This document shows positions 13,181 to 26,459 of a DNA stretch of 64,000 nt, piece by piece. The translations under genes and the position numbers were made by a program. This stretch comes from Octopus sinensis (Eukaryota), in contig NC_042998.1 in the NCBI RefSeq assembly GCF_006345805.1, positions 162,626,001 through 162,690,000 on the forward strand. The letters run 5' to 3'. Below the pieces are notes generated by a model, which saw only the letters and a program-made list of their open reading frames with translations, did no database searches and was not told where the DNA came from. Every line of letters begins with the position of its first letter. The first letter of the stretch is position 1.

Positions 13181-13439
13181 TCAACACACGAACTCACATA
13201 AGAATCTTGCAAGCCAAATCCAAAAACAATATATATATATATATGAGGAATAGTGGCCAAATCTCCCTCTGTCAGGCTAGAATATCTATATATAGATCAA
13301 ATATATCCCCTCTGACAAGTGGTACCAACAAGTCGGTGATCTGATGATCCTGCTATCTGATTGATCCATGGAGCCAGTTATAGTTGTTAATGCCGGACCA
13401 AAAAGATATGTATGTGTGCTTGTGTGTGTGTTTATATAC

Positions 13440-13831
13440 TCTTTACTCTTTTACTTGTTTCAGTCATTTGACTGCGGCCATGCTGGAGCACCACCTTTAG
13501 TCGAGCAAATCGACCCCGGGACTTATTCTTTGTAAGCCCAATACTTATTCTATCAGTCTCTTTTGCCAAACCGCTAAGTGACGGGGACGTAAACACACCA
13601 GCATCGGTTGTCAAGCAATGCTAGGGGGACAAACACACACACATACATATATATATAAATACATATATACGACAGGCTTCTTTCAGTTTCCGTCTACCAA
13701 ATTGAATTAACAAGGCATTGGTTGGCCCGGGGCTATAGCAGAAGACACTTGCCCAAGATGCCACGCAGTGGGACTGAACCCGGAACCATGTGGTTGTTTA
13801 GCAAACTACTTACCACACAGCCACTCCTGTG
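13440..13831 (-). mobile_element. CORE-like composite SINE
   Basis: Full reverse-complement copy including the head accacacagccactcctgtgc. Confidence 0.85.
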
Positions 13832-13838
13832 CATATAT

Positions 13839-13884
<46 letters not shown>

Positions 13885-13962
13885 TAATATATATATATAC
13901 ATATATATATATACATATATATTATACATATATATATATATATATTATATACATATATATAT

Positions 13963-14027
<65 letters not shown>
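13832..14027. repeat. Long imperfect (TA)n microsatellite
   Basis: Direct inspection. Confidence 0.95.
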
Positions 14028-16110
14028 AATTTTTTTTGCACTGCTTGAAAAGAAGATCACTGTTGGTCATTGCTTATATTCTGCCACAAATACAAAAGCA
14101 TATTCAGGTATTGATTTTTGCATTGCTTAAAGGAGTAGGAGAATTATCACTTTTCTTGGGAAGAAGTGAGTGTTTGTAACAGGAAGAGCATCCAGCTGTA
14201 TAAAATTGGCCTCAATAAGTTTCATATGACCCCTGCTTGATTGGAAAAGTAAGTGACAAAAGAATTAACACATACACACACTCACACATGAAATGCACAC
14301 CAGTTAATCTCACCAACATCAAGTCTTTTACTCTTTAATAGTGAGAAATCTAAACAACAATTTTACATAATGGAATTATTAGTAGAAAAATTAGGTATTC
14401 TTTATAAATGTTTATAACATCTGGTGACTGAATCCCAAGACATTGACTGATACTATTGTTTTACACAAGTTCAGTTGAGTTACATGGACAATAAACCAGA
14501 AGCTCTAATATCAAATACCAGCTATCGTATGAATTACAGTTTTAGATAAAGATTTGCAGATCAAAGAAGCTATCCACAGCAGACAACATAGACCATGCAT
14601 TAAAAACCAACAGATTTAAATCAAGCCCATAGGTTAATCTAACCAACATTCATTGTACCCTATATAACACAAACTTTGAACCCAATCCTTCTGCACACTG
14701 ATAACAGAAATAAAATTTCAAAAATACTATATATGCCATGCAATATAACTTATTACTCCCCTTTCTTCATACTACACGGTCTTATTGACACATACTAACT
14801 GGAACTGCAACAAAAACCAGCAAGATTTAAATGAAGCCTGTTGGTTAATTTAACCAATATTCACATTGTATAAGACAAATTTTGAACTTAGTCCTTCCAT
14901 GCACAAATGTGGAATTAACTCTATCTACTGACATATTTTTGACATAAAATCTCTTAGAGATATGTCATGCAACATAATTTATCACTGCAGGGTATTCCCA
15001 CTACCTGGTTTTACTGTTACATACTTACTGACTGAAACTACAACAAAAATCAAGCATATTGTTGTTCCCACTCTTTGGAATGGGGCGCAAGTGGGCAAAA
15101 TCATTTGAGCACTGGAAAAAATGCCTTGTCTTTGTTTATATTGCAAGTGGGGAGATAAATCTCCATGACTTATGAAGTTAAGTACCAGTCTGGTTTTGGG
15201 GTCGTTGTCATTGATTATACTATTCCCCTCAAAATTGTTGGTCTTGAGTTCAAGTCAGGAACAATAGATGTTTTATGATAAAAGTTTAATCCTTGTAATT
15301 AATTGAGTTTAATCTTTCCTGGGTGGTATTACTGTAGCTTTCTAAATTACAGTTTGTTAGTTTTATTAATCTTGAAACAGGAAAAGTTATTGTAGAGAAC
15401 TCAGGAAGATTTGTACCTGCAATAAAAGCAATGAATGCAGAAAACCTCTACATGGTCTTCGGCTCTCTGAAAAATAGCAGCTTAATCTCTCTCAATCAGG
15501 TTGGAATGTCTTTGATGATGGATCTACACAGTTATGACTAAATTAGGACTGCACAACAGCTTTGGTGTGGAGATAGATTTATAAACTACAGAAGATAATG
15601 GACAGATGAGATGAGAATATCCTAATTGTCAACTCCTTCAAATTCCAATTGCTCTCACTTTGTAATGGATATAATTTGGCATCTTTAATAATCTTCATTT
15701 AAAGTTGATTCCATATGCCAAACCAGGAACTAATTGCTTTTGAGAGGATGTGTGTGTTGACTGTTTGTGCTAAGATGATATTCCATATCAAAAATAGAAT
15801 CAAGAGCTACAATAACACTCAATAAGATTATATGTTTTACAACTGGATGTATATTATGTTTGTGTGACCCAGTGAGGGTGCCTCTCCAGAGACCCTTGAC
15901 TTGTAAAAAAATAGCAGATATAGTTGTTTGAAATCACACCTTGCCATATCTAAAAATAAAGGGCACATTCTCCAATGTAATCAACATGTAATCTCCAGTG
16001 TAATTCAACAAATTAAGATGGTCATGGTTGGAATGCCTTTGACCATAGGACTGTTCATTAATTCCTGAATCAATTCTAAACAACCACATGGATCTCTACT
16101 CGTTGAAGAG

Positions 16111-16317
16111 CCATCATTGACAAGACCAAGAAAGGTCAAAATCACGTGATCTGATGGTCTCAGCACTGGAGATAACAGGGATTTATCTCCCCACTAGAGA
16201 TATAAACAAGAGTGCCTTTTGCATCAAAAGCCAATATGAGAGTTTCTCTCGTGGCATCTACTGCAGTATAGTTTGTTCTAACAGAACATCTACGTTTAAG
16301 TGAGGATAAATATTACC
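16111..16317 (+). repeat. Unclassified dispersed repeat, copy 1 (copy 2 at 51281-51490)
   Basis: Colinear ~210-bp homology ccatcattgac...gagagtttctctc...tattacc between the two loci. Confidence 0.75.
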
Positions 16318-19300
16318 CCTTGTTATTAAGTCAGTTTCTATCGCTAATAAATATTTATCATCTTTGGTCTGATTGTGGTCAACCATTTTATTCTTTCACC
16401 CTTCTTTCTTTTGCGACTCTACTTAAAATAATATAATGTAAACCAAGCAGATTTTAATGGTAACTTTTGTTTAGGCTTGTCATTTTATTCTTCAATATAT
16501 CAACATACTTGCTTGCTTTTGTTTTGTTTTTTTTAGATCTTGAGAAATAATCCAGATCTTTGTGAATGAAAAAAAACCAAAATATTAAAAAATAAAATCT
16601 ATGATATTATTTTCACATAAAACTAAGTCTAATTAAAACTATGGTTTCATTGTCTTCCATGGTACCCTAAACATGGAAACCACCTACAGTGGCATTATTG
16701 CCTCTCTGAGAAAACTATTATTTTACAACATCATTACTTTAACTACCAGAAGCAACAGCATAGATACATGAAGAATATCAATAATATTTCCATCTTTGCT
16801 GTAATAAAATGGTAAATTTTTATGCCAGTATGGGTCACAGGTATACAGGAAAGTTTTGAACAACACCAAAAAAAATCCTTCTAAAAAGGACAACTCAGAA
16901 ATTTCTCTCTTTCTCCCTCTCTCATTTTTGATCTTTTTTTCTCTCTCTATCTTTCTTTCACATGCATCCCTCTTGCAAACACATTTGCATAGATACACAC
17001 ACTGGCCCATGGTTATACATGCTTACATATAACAACACACACATATACATATATATACACACGCATACATACACACATACTAATATATTTAGACACAAAG
17101 AGACATAAATGCACATATACATGGACAAACATATATTTACACACACACACACACACACACGTGCGTACGTATACATACACAAGCACGTATACACACTCAT
17201 GAAATTCCTTTCAGATTTCTTCTTCTTTTCCTCCTCTGCATCATTTTAATGCAAAGAAATGAATAAATACATTTTATCTGAAAATATCACAGGCCTTTAT
17301 CATGTTAGTCGTATATCAAATAGTATAAACAAGATATTTAATTGGATATCCCTGGCTGACAGATATCAGTTTGCTGAAAATTATTTGTTAAACTAAATAC
17401 ATCGGCTTTGACTTCACCCACTTCGGTCCACCACGCCAAGAAATTACATTCTATAGTAAAGATTTTACTGTCATTTTAGCAGAGTGCATGCTGGGATTTA
17501 TCAGTTAGAGGCTAAAGGTCAAAGGATTTGAGCAAATTGACTAAGATAGGCTGCTGATGAGTCCTCTATGGCAATTAATATGGACTAAGATTATGCACCC
17601 ACACACACACGCATATGTATATATCTGATGTCATTTCTATCTCTATTCCCTCCTTCTGCCTCTCTCTTTCTGTATATACATACATACATACATACATACA
17701 TAGAAATAGACAGATATACACCCTGCCACACACACACACACACACATATATACATACATATATTGTCATTTCTCTCTTCAAATCACAAACATTATTTATT
17801 TCTATTTTGGCTTCTGTCTCTCTTTTTGTCTCCCCCCTCTCTCTCGACCTCTCTCTATTCAATCTCTATTTCTCTCTCTATGTCTTGTATCTCCTTCACT
17901 CCCTCTTCATTCATCCCACTTCATTCAGGCCACCATCATTCTATCTATCCTTCTATGTGCTTTCTGCTCTCCTTGGATCGACTGTCTTTTCCATTTCTTG
18001 CTTCCTGCCTCTCTCTCTCTTTCTCTCTCTCTCTTCCACCACTATCGCCATCACCCTCACAACTACTACCACCACAATAATATATACACATCACCTCTTC
18101 CTTCTTCTCCAAACCATTTTAAGAACTGCTGCAGTTAACAAATGAATCACTAAGATATCATCTACAGATAAGCTTTGTCAAAATACAGACAGACTTAATA
18201 GATTTTTGCCTTTGGGCCAGAGAATGGAGCGGCATACAGCACCATCATAGATAAGGACATGGAGGTAGAAGACAGTGTCGGTTTAGAAAGACAATCTAAG
18301 TACTTCCAAATGCTGCTGTATGAAGATGTTAAACAAATATTATCCAGTAATTTTCACAATTTAAGATATTCTGTTCCTGACAGATGACTGGTCATCTGTT
18401 CCCATCTACTATGCAATAAACAATAAACATTCAACCGTTCCAACATCATCACCACATCCACCACCGTTGTCGGTGCCACTTTTGGTCCGTGCCAAAATCG
18501 TTTTTATTACATGTTCCCTCTGCACACAATAAATGCACTCATAAACACATATATTTTATTTGTCCAATGTTTTGGAGGAATAAAGTCAACAAGTTTTAAA
18601 ATTTCTCCTAAAACAACAAAACATTTGCAGTCCACAGTCATTTGCATATACACATATAGAGAAATCCATGTGTGTATATACATACACACATCCATTTTAT
18701 ATAGATAGATAGATAGAGTTAGGTATATGCATGTGTACATAATGTATATATATTACGAGAAATACTAAGATGCAAACATACATACAATTTTATATGTACA
18801 GCAGTACACACACAATACCGACATATATTCGTACACACTTATAGCTGTAAATATAAACACATACTTAACATTTACTCATAATCTTACTTATTAGCTTACT
18901 CTTGTCAGGTAAGAATTTTCCAAGAAGTCAAGGACTTTATAAAAATTCCCCTCTTCTTTCTTTCTGAACCAGTCATACTTAATGAAGTATATCAAAATAA
19001 CTGTCAGCCCTCAGGATTCAGATCTTTAATCTATTCTACTTATCTGTGTCTAAGGAGTTATGTGGGAAAGAAAGTTCCTCAGTGTGTGTCTTCATTAATA
19101 AACATATGGAGAATGTTCGTTTAGTATGAAACACACATTCTTTTATTTTTATTTTAAACTTTTTTTTCTGGTTTCAGTTATCGGATTGTGGATAAGAATA
19201 TTGCCTTAAATGGTTTTAGTCTTTTAAATCGACCTTGGTATTTCGTTTGGTACTTATTCTATTAACCTTGGACTAGACTGATAGGTAACAACAACCAGGG

Positions 19301-19370
19301 ATAAAAGAGGCAACCGAGGCAGAGCAAAATACCACAGATGTTTCCATTTGACAAAATCCCACTTCAATTT

Positions 19371-19424
<54 letters not shown>

Positions 19425-20172
19425 CCTCACATATTCACACGTGTGTGGGTATGTGTGTGTTCGTTTTTGCGTGTGAAGTTTGATTCATTCTCTAGCTGTT
19501 CCTAGTTTCATGCATGGAGTGATCGTTCAGGCTATCTAGATGTGAATTCTGAAAAATTGAGACGGTGGAAAGAATTATTACTGGTTCTTGTAACTCATCG
19601 GTTAGAATAGATTCGACAGTAAACTTTAGTGCCCTCTTTTTGTGCTAGCGAAAAGCAAAGTAATATCATTAATACCTATCCCGCATCACACAGTCCTTTA
19701 GCAATCAACAGGTCACTCTCATTAGAGCAGAATGAAAGCTAACCTCTCTGAATTTGAAATTTCTGTAGCAACAAGTTTCTTCTGTTTGCATTGTCTTAAA
19801 CTTACATTTTTCTGTTCAGTGACAGCAGTTCGTAGGTTAAAGTAGAATTTCTCCAACACACACACCTAATTGAATTTTGCATAGTTTTCATTTACCAAAT
19901 TCCATTCACAAGATTTTGATTGACATGAAACCATTGGTCACCAACCTAGAAACACGTGGCTGAAAAAGAAGTATCTTAACCACACAACTATATTACGATG
20001 CCATGACTCATAGACTTAAGTAAACGAGAGATGGTTAGATCTGAGAATTTACATGCTTTCTAACTTGTAATATCTTTTAGAACTAAATTTTTACGATTAA
20101 ACCTTCAATTGTATGTTGCAAGGTTAGCAGTAGCGGTGGAGGGAAAAGAAGCTTGATATAATATATACCAGT

Positions 20173-20390
20173 AAGGAGGTGAGCTGGTAGAATCGTTACC
20201 GCACTGGGAGAAATGCTTAGTGGCATTTCGTACATCTTTACGTTCTCAGTTCAAATTCTACCAAGGTCGTCATTGTCTTTCATTCTTTCAGGGTCGATAA
20301 AATTAAATACCAGTCGATTACTGGGATCGATGTAATCGGCTTACACCCTCCCTCGATATTGCTGGCCATGGGGCAAAATTTGAAATCAGT
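20173..20390 (+). mobile_element. Deu/Nin-like SINE copy
   Basis: aaggaggtgagctggtagaatcg...ttcagggtcgataaaattaaatacc. Confidence 0.8.
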
Positions 20391-20401
20391 ATAATATATA
20401 C

Positions 20402-20648
20402 CGTGGAGGCGCGTGGCTTAGTGAGTTGAATTCATGATCGTAAGGTTGTGGTTTCGATTCCTGGACCGGGCGATGCGTTGTGTTCTTGAGCAAAACACTT
20501 CATTTTCACGTTGCTCCAGTCCACTCAGCTGGCAAAAATGAGTAACGCTGCGATGGACTGGCGTCCCGTCCAGGTGGGGAATTTCTACGCCACTGAAACC
20601 GGGAAACCGGCCCTTATGAGCCTGGCATGACACGAGAAGGAACATCTT
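20402..20648 (+). mobile_element. tRNA-derived SINE with V-SINE-like tail
   Basis: ggcgcgtggcttagtg...ggtttcgattcctgg...ctgcgatggactggcgtcccgtccagg; a related copy lies at 37388-37555. Confidence 0.75.
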
Positions 20649-21224
20649 TTTTATATAATATATACAAATAAATCAGAGAAAAATAGATACCATGATCCAA
20701 GGAGGTAATTTCTATGCATTTGTTGGAATTGCCAGAAACACCAGCCAGTCTCCATCAACTCATGCCAACGTTGAAACTTTCCAAGTTGTGATTCTGTGTT
20801 TTATATTTTACTGATTCTCCAGTAATGATGAAAAGTTAATTGCCGATCTATATAACATTTATGGGTATACAAACGTGAGACAACACTGGCTGTAATATTT
20901 TCTTTCCAAGAAACATCCCCAAAAGGCTTTTGTATTAAAAATACAAAGCTTTGTCCATAACGCTTTTTTTTTTTTTTTAACAAAATATTACAGCTTGTCA
21001 CATTTCACATCAATACGCACATTATAGATGTCATATTCGCTGATATCTAAATCCAATACTGTTTCAATGTGTATTTTAATTTAATTCTCGCCTGGCCTGC
21101 TTTTATATAAACTATATTGTTTAACGATTTCTTCATTGAAACAAGTATTTTCAGCTTTGCTCAGAATGTATAGGGAATTTGTCACTGAGGGTCCCAAATC
21201 AAGTCGAAACCCCATGTCTGGCGA

Positions 21225-21318
<94 letters not shown>

Positions 21319-22536
21319 CAGTTTGCTCATATTTTTCACTAAATCATTAATATTTATTGGCGTGTGGGTGGTTTGAAGTGATGTATATATTAACGTTTTA
21401 TTTGACTGAGAATTTATTTGTTTTGAAATAAATGGCAAAATTTGTAAAATCAAGTGTATACAAATTTGTGCCGTTTTTTCTAATTCTACATTAATTTAAC
21501 TATTCATCTTCTGTATGATAATAAGTCTATCATGTTGATGCAAGCCACATTGCAATTTAAACTTACAGAAAAAAATATATATATAAATACCAATAACATC
21601 ACAAGTTTCTGTGGAGTCTTGGCTACCCTTTGCTACAATAAAAGAATTAGCATCATTATCACAAGAAATCAATGGTTTTCTAAATGCGTGATCGTTTTGA
21701 TATCAGTTTTAGTGTTTGAAATATAATTATTGGTAAAAACTAATGCTTTTCAAACAAAGATTCAGTTAGCAAGTGATAGAAATTCAATTATACCAAACTG
21801 AGTAAATTTACTTAACAGATTTTTACTAATACTATGAAACCAATTATTAATAGCAGTGCTGTTATCCCATAATGGTTAATTAGTTGTTTGTTTATTGCTA
21901 AGACTAAAAGCCCCTAAGATATTTCCACTTACTACACTTAACTAAATTTTGGTTGGATTTATTAACCTACAAATTGCTTTATTAACAAAAAAATTTTTCG
22001 TGCTCCTTAGGGATGTCGTAAAACTTTAAATTCGCCCGTTATCTATCTCTTGAACGGTATTTATTTCCTTGGTTTCTGAGTTCAAAGAATACAAGGTGAA
22101 CTTTGCGGAAAAAAATTAGAATGTCATGTTTAGTATCCTTGTACTGATTTCTACAATCAATATGAATATACATGGGTTTTTTTTTATTCAATTTTATTAA
22201 TTTGTTTCTCATATGTGTATATAAATTCATTTGATTAACTTCTCAAGCTTGAGAAACGCTAAAATGTGAAACTCAGTGTTTCACTTTGTGAAACCTCAGT
22301 TGTTTTCTCCTCTCTTTTGTTTCTTTATTGTTGTACATACAGTTAAACATACACACGTGTATGTACGTATGTATGTATGTATGTATGTATGTATGTATGT
22401 ATGTATGTATGTATGTATGTATGTATCTGTGCGTGTATGCGTATGTGTGTGTGCATTCGTGTTATTGTTTCCCGAATCGCAGTTCTGAGTTTCACGTTTT
22501 CAATTATTCAAATGATTGGTGTAGAGAAGCAGTCTG

Positions 22537-22592
<56 letters not shown>

Positions 22593-23178
22593 AAGCATAA
22601 ATATTCCTAAGCACATCAAAATATGAATAATCATCGAAATTTGATTTAGAAAAGAGAAAGCTAAAGAAATATGTCGCATTTTCTTGTATTCCAGTATCAT
22701 AAGCAGGATATGTGATATAATTTGTTCAATAAAACTCCGTGCAAAATAGACGATATTTCAATGTTCACCCTCTCTCTCCTTCTCTCTCTCTCTCACACAC
22801 ACACACGTTCACACACACGCACCACTCACACACACACACAAGTCTATGTAAGAAATACAACTATTAATACATTAGCATACCAGAAAAAACGCTTAGCGGT
22901 ATCACGTCCTAAGTTCAAATTCTACCACGGTTGACCTTGCCTTTCATCCTTCTGGATAAAGTAAGTACCAGCTGAGCACCGGGGTCGATGTAATCGACTA
23001 TCCTCTTCCTCTAAATTATTTCAGGCCTTGTGCATATAATAAAATGGCTTATTAGTTTGTCAATTTGGTGTTATGACAAATTCTTATATGGAAAATAATT
23101 TATATCAACCAATCTGTAGGTCGAAATTCTTCAATAAATAGTGATGATAGTCACTACAAGACATCACCAATTCCATAT

Positions 23179-23230
<52 letters not shown>

Positions 23231-23481
23231 TATATATAGGTGAGAAAGTTGGTATGTGAAGCACGTGGTTGAATATATTTTCTATATATACAACGTAAAC
23301 ATAACGATGTAAGAAATTGAAAAGCTGAACGCGGAACCGGTCTTTCTTCAAAAACTATGTCATTGTATGAAAAAAATTTATAACATTCTTCAGACATAAT
23401 GACTCAAATATATTTTTTTTAACCTTCTAAAACAAGCCTTCTGTAGTTTTTTCACTTTTTACTATTTTATATATATATATA

Positions 23482-24751
23482 GTTTTTCGTCCGCCGCTAT
23501 AAAGGCTTCTTCCAATGCGCCAGAGAAAAAATTTGTTTGCTTGTTATCAGTCGTAAGACACTTGTTGTTTTCACCGTTAATGCTTCTGTATTTCATGTTT
23601 CTGTATTCCATTATTGTTTTTTGTTTTTTTTATATCTGCCCCTTTTGCTGTCCTGGTGTTCGTATGCATTCGATCCTTCTTCCAGGAAATCTACGCTTCC
23701 AGCTTAGTTTTTCTAATGCTCGTTGCTTAGTTTTTCTTGGAGGGCTGGCCGTGATCTAGTAATCTCAAGATTAATCAGCCGAAATTACTACGATGATCCG
23801 GTTCTTGACTGAAGACTGAGGGTTTCGAGTGTCCTGTCCGTGTTTATTGTGTCGTCTTCTAAGAGTTATACGTTCTTGTCCATGTTGTATTTTTCTACAT
23901 ACCTTAACATATATTCCAGGCGCCCCGTACCCCCCTTATCATTAATGTGAGCACATATTCTTAATAATTGGTACGACTCTCTGTTTGTCTCTCTCTCTCT
24001 CTCATTTTTACTTGATCTGTCCCCCTCTCTCTCTTTTCTCTCTACTCATCCTCTTTTTCTCTTGTCTTTCCTCTGATTCTTTGGTCTAGTCTTCCACTAC
24101 CCTCCTATTTCTTTGTCTCGCTCTGCACTCACAGGTCATTCTTCGACACCCATCCCTTCTCCTCTCTGATTCCTTCTTTCTCTCTCTTCTCTCTCTTTGT
24201 TGCGTTTGTCCCTCCTCTCTCTCTCTCTCTTCCTTTGCTTCTCTTTCTTTTCTTTTCCCTCTTCTCTGTCGCGTGACTGTTGGCCGAAATCTGCCTTTCA
24301 GCTCCTGACCCTCGTCGTGTTAACATCGTTGTTTTTCGTCCGCCGCTATAAAGGCTTCTTCCAATGCGCCAGAGAAAAAATTTGTTTGCTTGTTATCAGT
24401 CGTAAGACACTTGTTGTTTTCACCGTTAATGCTTCTGTATTTCATGTTTCTGTATTCCATTATTGTTTTTTGTTTTTTTTATATCTGTCCCTTTTGCTGT
24501 CCTGGTGTTCGTATGCATTCGATCCTTCTTCCAGGAAATCTACGCTTCCAGCTTAGTTTTTCTAATGCTCGTTGCTTAGTTTTTCTTGGAGGGCTGGCCG
24601 TGATCTAGTAATCTCAAGATTAATCAGCCGAAATTACTACGATGATCCGGTTCTTGACTGAAGACTGAGGGTTCGAGTGTCCTGTCCGTGTTTATTGTGT
24701 CGTCTTCTAAGAGTTATACGTTCTTGTCCATGTTGTATTTTTCTACATACC

Positions 24752-24755
<4 letters not shown>
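23482..24755. mobile_element. Young non-autonomous element with ~425-bp direct terminal repeats and a ~420-bp CT-rich spacer, flanked by (TA)n
   Basis: 23482-23907 and 24331-24755 differ by about one substitution and one 1-nt indel. Confidence 0.8.
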
Positions 24756-24811
<56 letters not shown>

Positions 24812-25612
24812 TATTTCTTTTTTTTGTGGAGGTTTTAAAATTGAAATCATGCATTTTTAAATAAGAGATGAATGAATATGCCAAATGTAATGTTTAACTA
24901 AGGTAGCGTGTAATTATTGTAGCATAAGTAATGTACCATCTACCTAACAAATGTGACATCTAACTAACATATGTAACATCTAAGTAATGTATCACAACTT
25001 ACAATATAACGTTTATTGTAACATATTACTAATGTAATATCAATTTCAAATTTTGGCACAAGGCTTGCATGATCAGAGGAGGAGGGAAGTCAATTGCACC
25101 GGCTTCGACCTCAATGCTCAACTGCTATTTATTTTATCGACCCCGGCGGAATTTGAACTCAGAAGGTAAAGATGGAAAAAGTGCTGCTAAGCATTTTGTC
25201 CGGTATGCTAACAACTCAGCCACCTCGCTACTTTATTACAGATGTAATACCAAAGCAGTGTAATATTCGACTACTGTAGTATATCATGCAATATCTAAAT
25301 AATTAATGTAACATTTAACTTACTAATGTCATTTTGTATCTAATGTAATATCTAAGTAATTTTTTTATCTTCGACTAGTTTCAGCCGTTGTACTATGACC
25401 ATGCTGGAGGACCATGTCGAAGGGTTTTAGTCAGACAAATTGATCCAACTACTTATCTTATTTCATACGGATGAAAAATTGAATATTAATTTGATTAATA
25501 TCAATTTTAAACCAGTGGTCTAGCATATAGAAAAATCTGAAGATTCAGAAAAATTTTATTACATACATATAAGACATCTATAATCCAACTACTTTTAAAG
25601 CTTAGTATCTTA

Positions 25613-25774
25613 GCGCAGGCGTGACTGTGTGGTAAGAAGCTTGCTTCCTTACCACATGGTTCCAGGTTCAGTCCCACTGCGTGGCACCTTGGGTTAGTGT
25701 CTTCTACTATAGCCTCGGGCTGACTTAAGCCTTGTGAGTGGATTTGATAGACGGAAACTGAAAGAAGCCCATCG

Positions 25775-25805
<31 letters not shown>

Positions 25806-26015
25806 TTGTGTGTCTTTGTTTGTCCTCCCACCATCGCTTGACAACCGATGTTAGTGTGTTAACGTCCCCGTAACTTAGCGGTTCGGCAAAAGAGACCGAT
25901 AGAAAAAGTACTAGGCTTGCAAAGAATAAGTCCTGGGGTCGATTTGTTCGACTAAAGACGGTGCTTCAGCATAGCCGCAGTCAAATGACTGGAACAAATA
26001 AAAAATTAAAAGAAA
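25613..26015 (+). mobile_element. CORE-like composite SINE
   Basis: Full-length family match. Confidence 0.85.
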
Positions 26016-26240
26016 AATAATTCTATCTGTCACTTTTTCCGAAAGCTAAGTCACAGGGACGTTAACAAACCAACGTTGACTTTCAGACAGTGTGTGGAGG
26101 AGAAACACGCCCGCACACACACGACATACTTTCCGTCTACCAAATTTACTCACAAGGCATTAGTCAGCACGGAGCTATTTTACTATAGCTTCGAGCCGAC
26201 TAATACCTCGTGGGATATACTAGCTCAGTATATTCTAAAA

Positions 26241-26459
26241 AGCGGCGAGCTGGCAGAAACGTTAGCACGCCGGCCGAAATGCTTAACGGTATTTCGTCTG
26301 CTGCAACGTTCTGAGTTCAAATTCCGCTGAGGTCGACTTTGCCTTTCATCCTTTCGGGGTCGATAAATTAAGTACCAGTTACGCACTGGGGTCGATATAA
26401 TCGACTTAACCCGTTTTTCTGTCCTTGTTTGTCCCCTCTGTGGGCAGTAAAGAAATAAG
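26241..26459 (+). mobile_element. Deu/Nin-like SINE copy
   Basis: Near-consensus copy. Confidence 0.85.

Noticed and set aside
22240-22505. Inverted 16-bp pair (aaatgtgaaactcag / ctgagtttcacgtttt) with a UUGAGAA...GAAA motif
   Set aside because: It may be another eroded hammerhead family, but stem I and stem III do not pair in this copy; too degenerate to claim.
23482-24755. Canonical LTR retrotransposon or TRIM call, and a hammerhead inside the repeats
   Set aside because: There is no convincing PBS or PPT on either strand (aggcgcccc only resembles a Lys PBS). The CUGAAGA and GAAA motifs present are not in hammerhead register.
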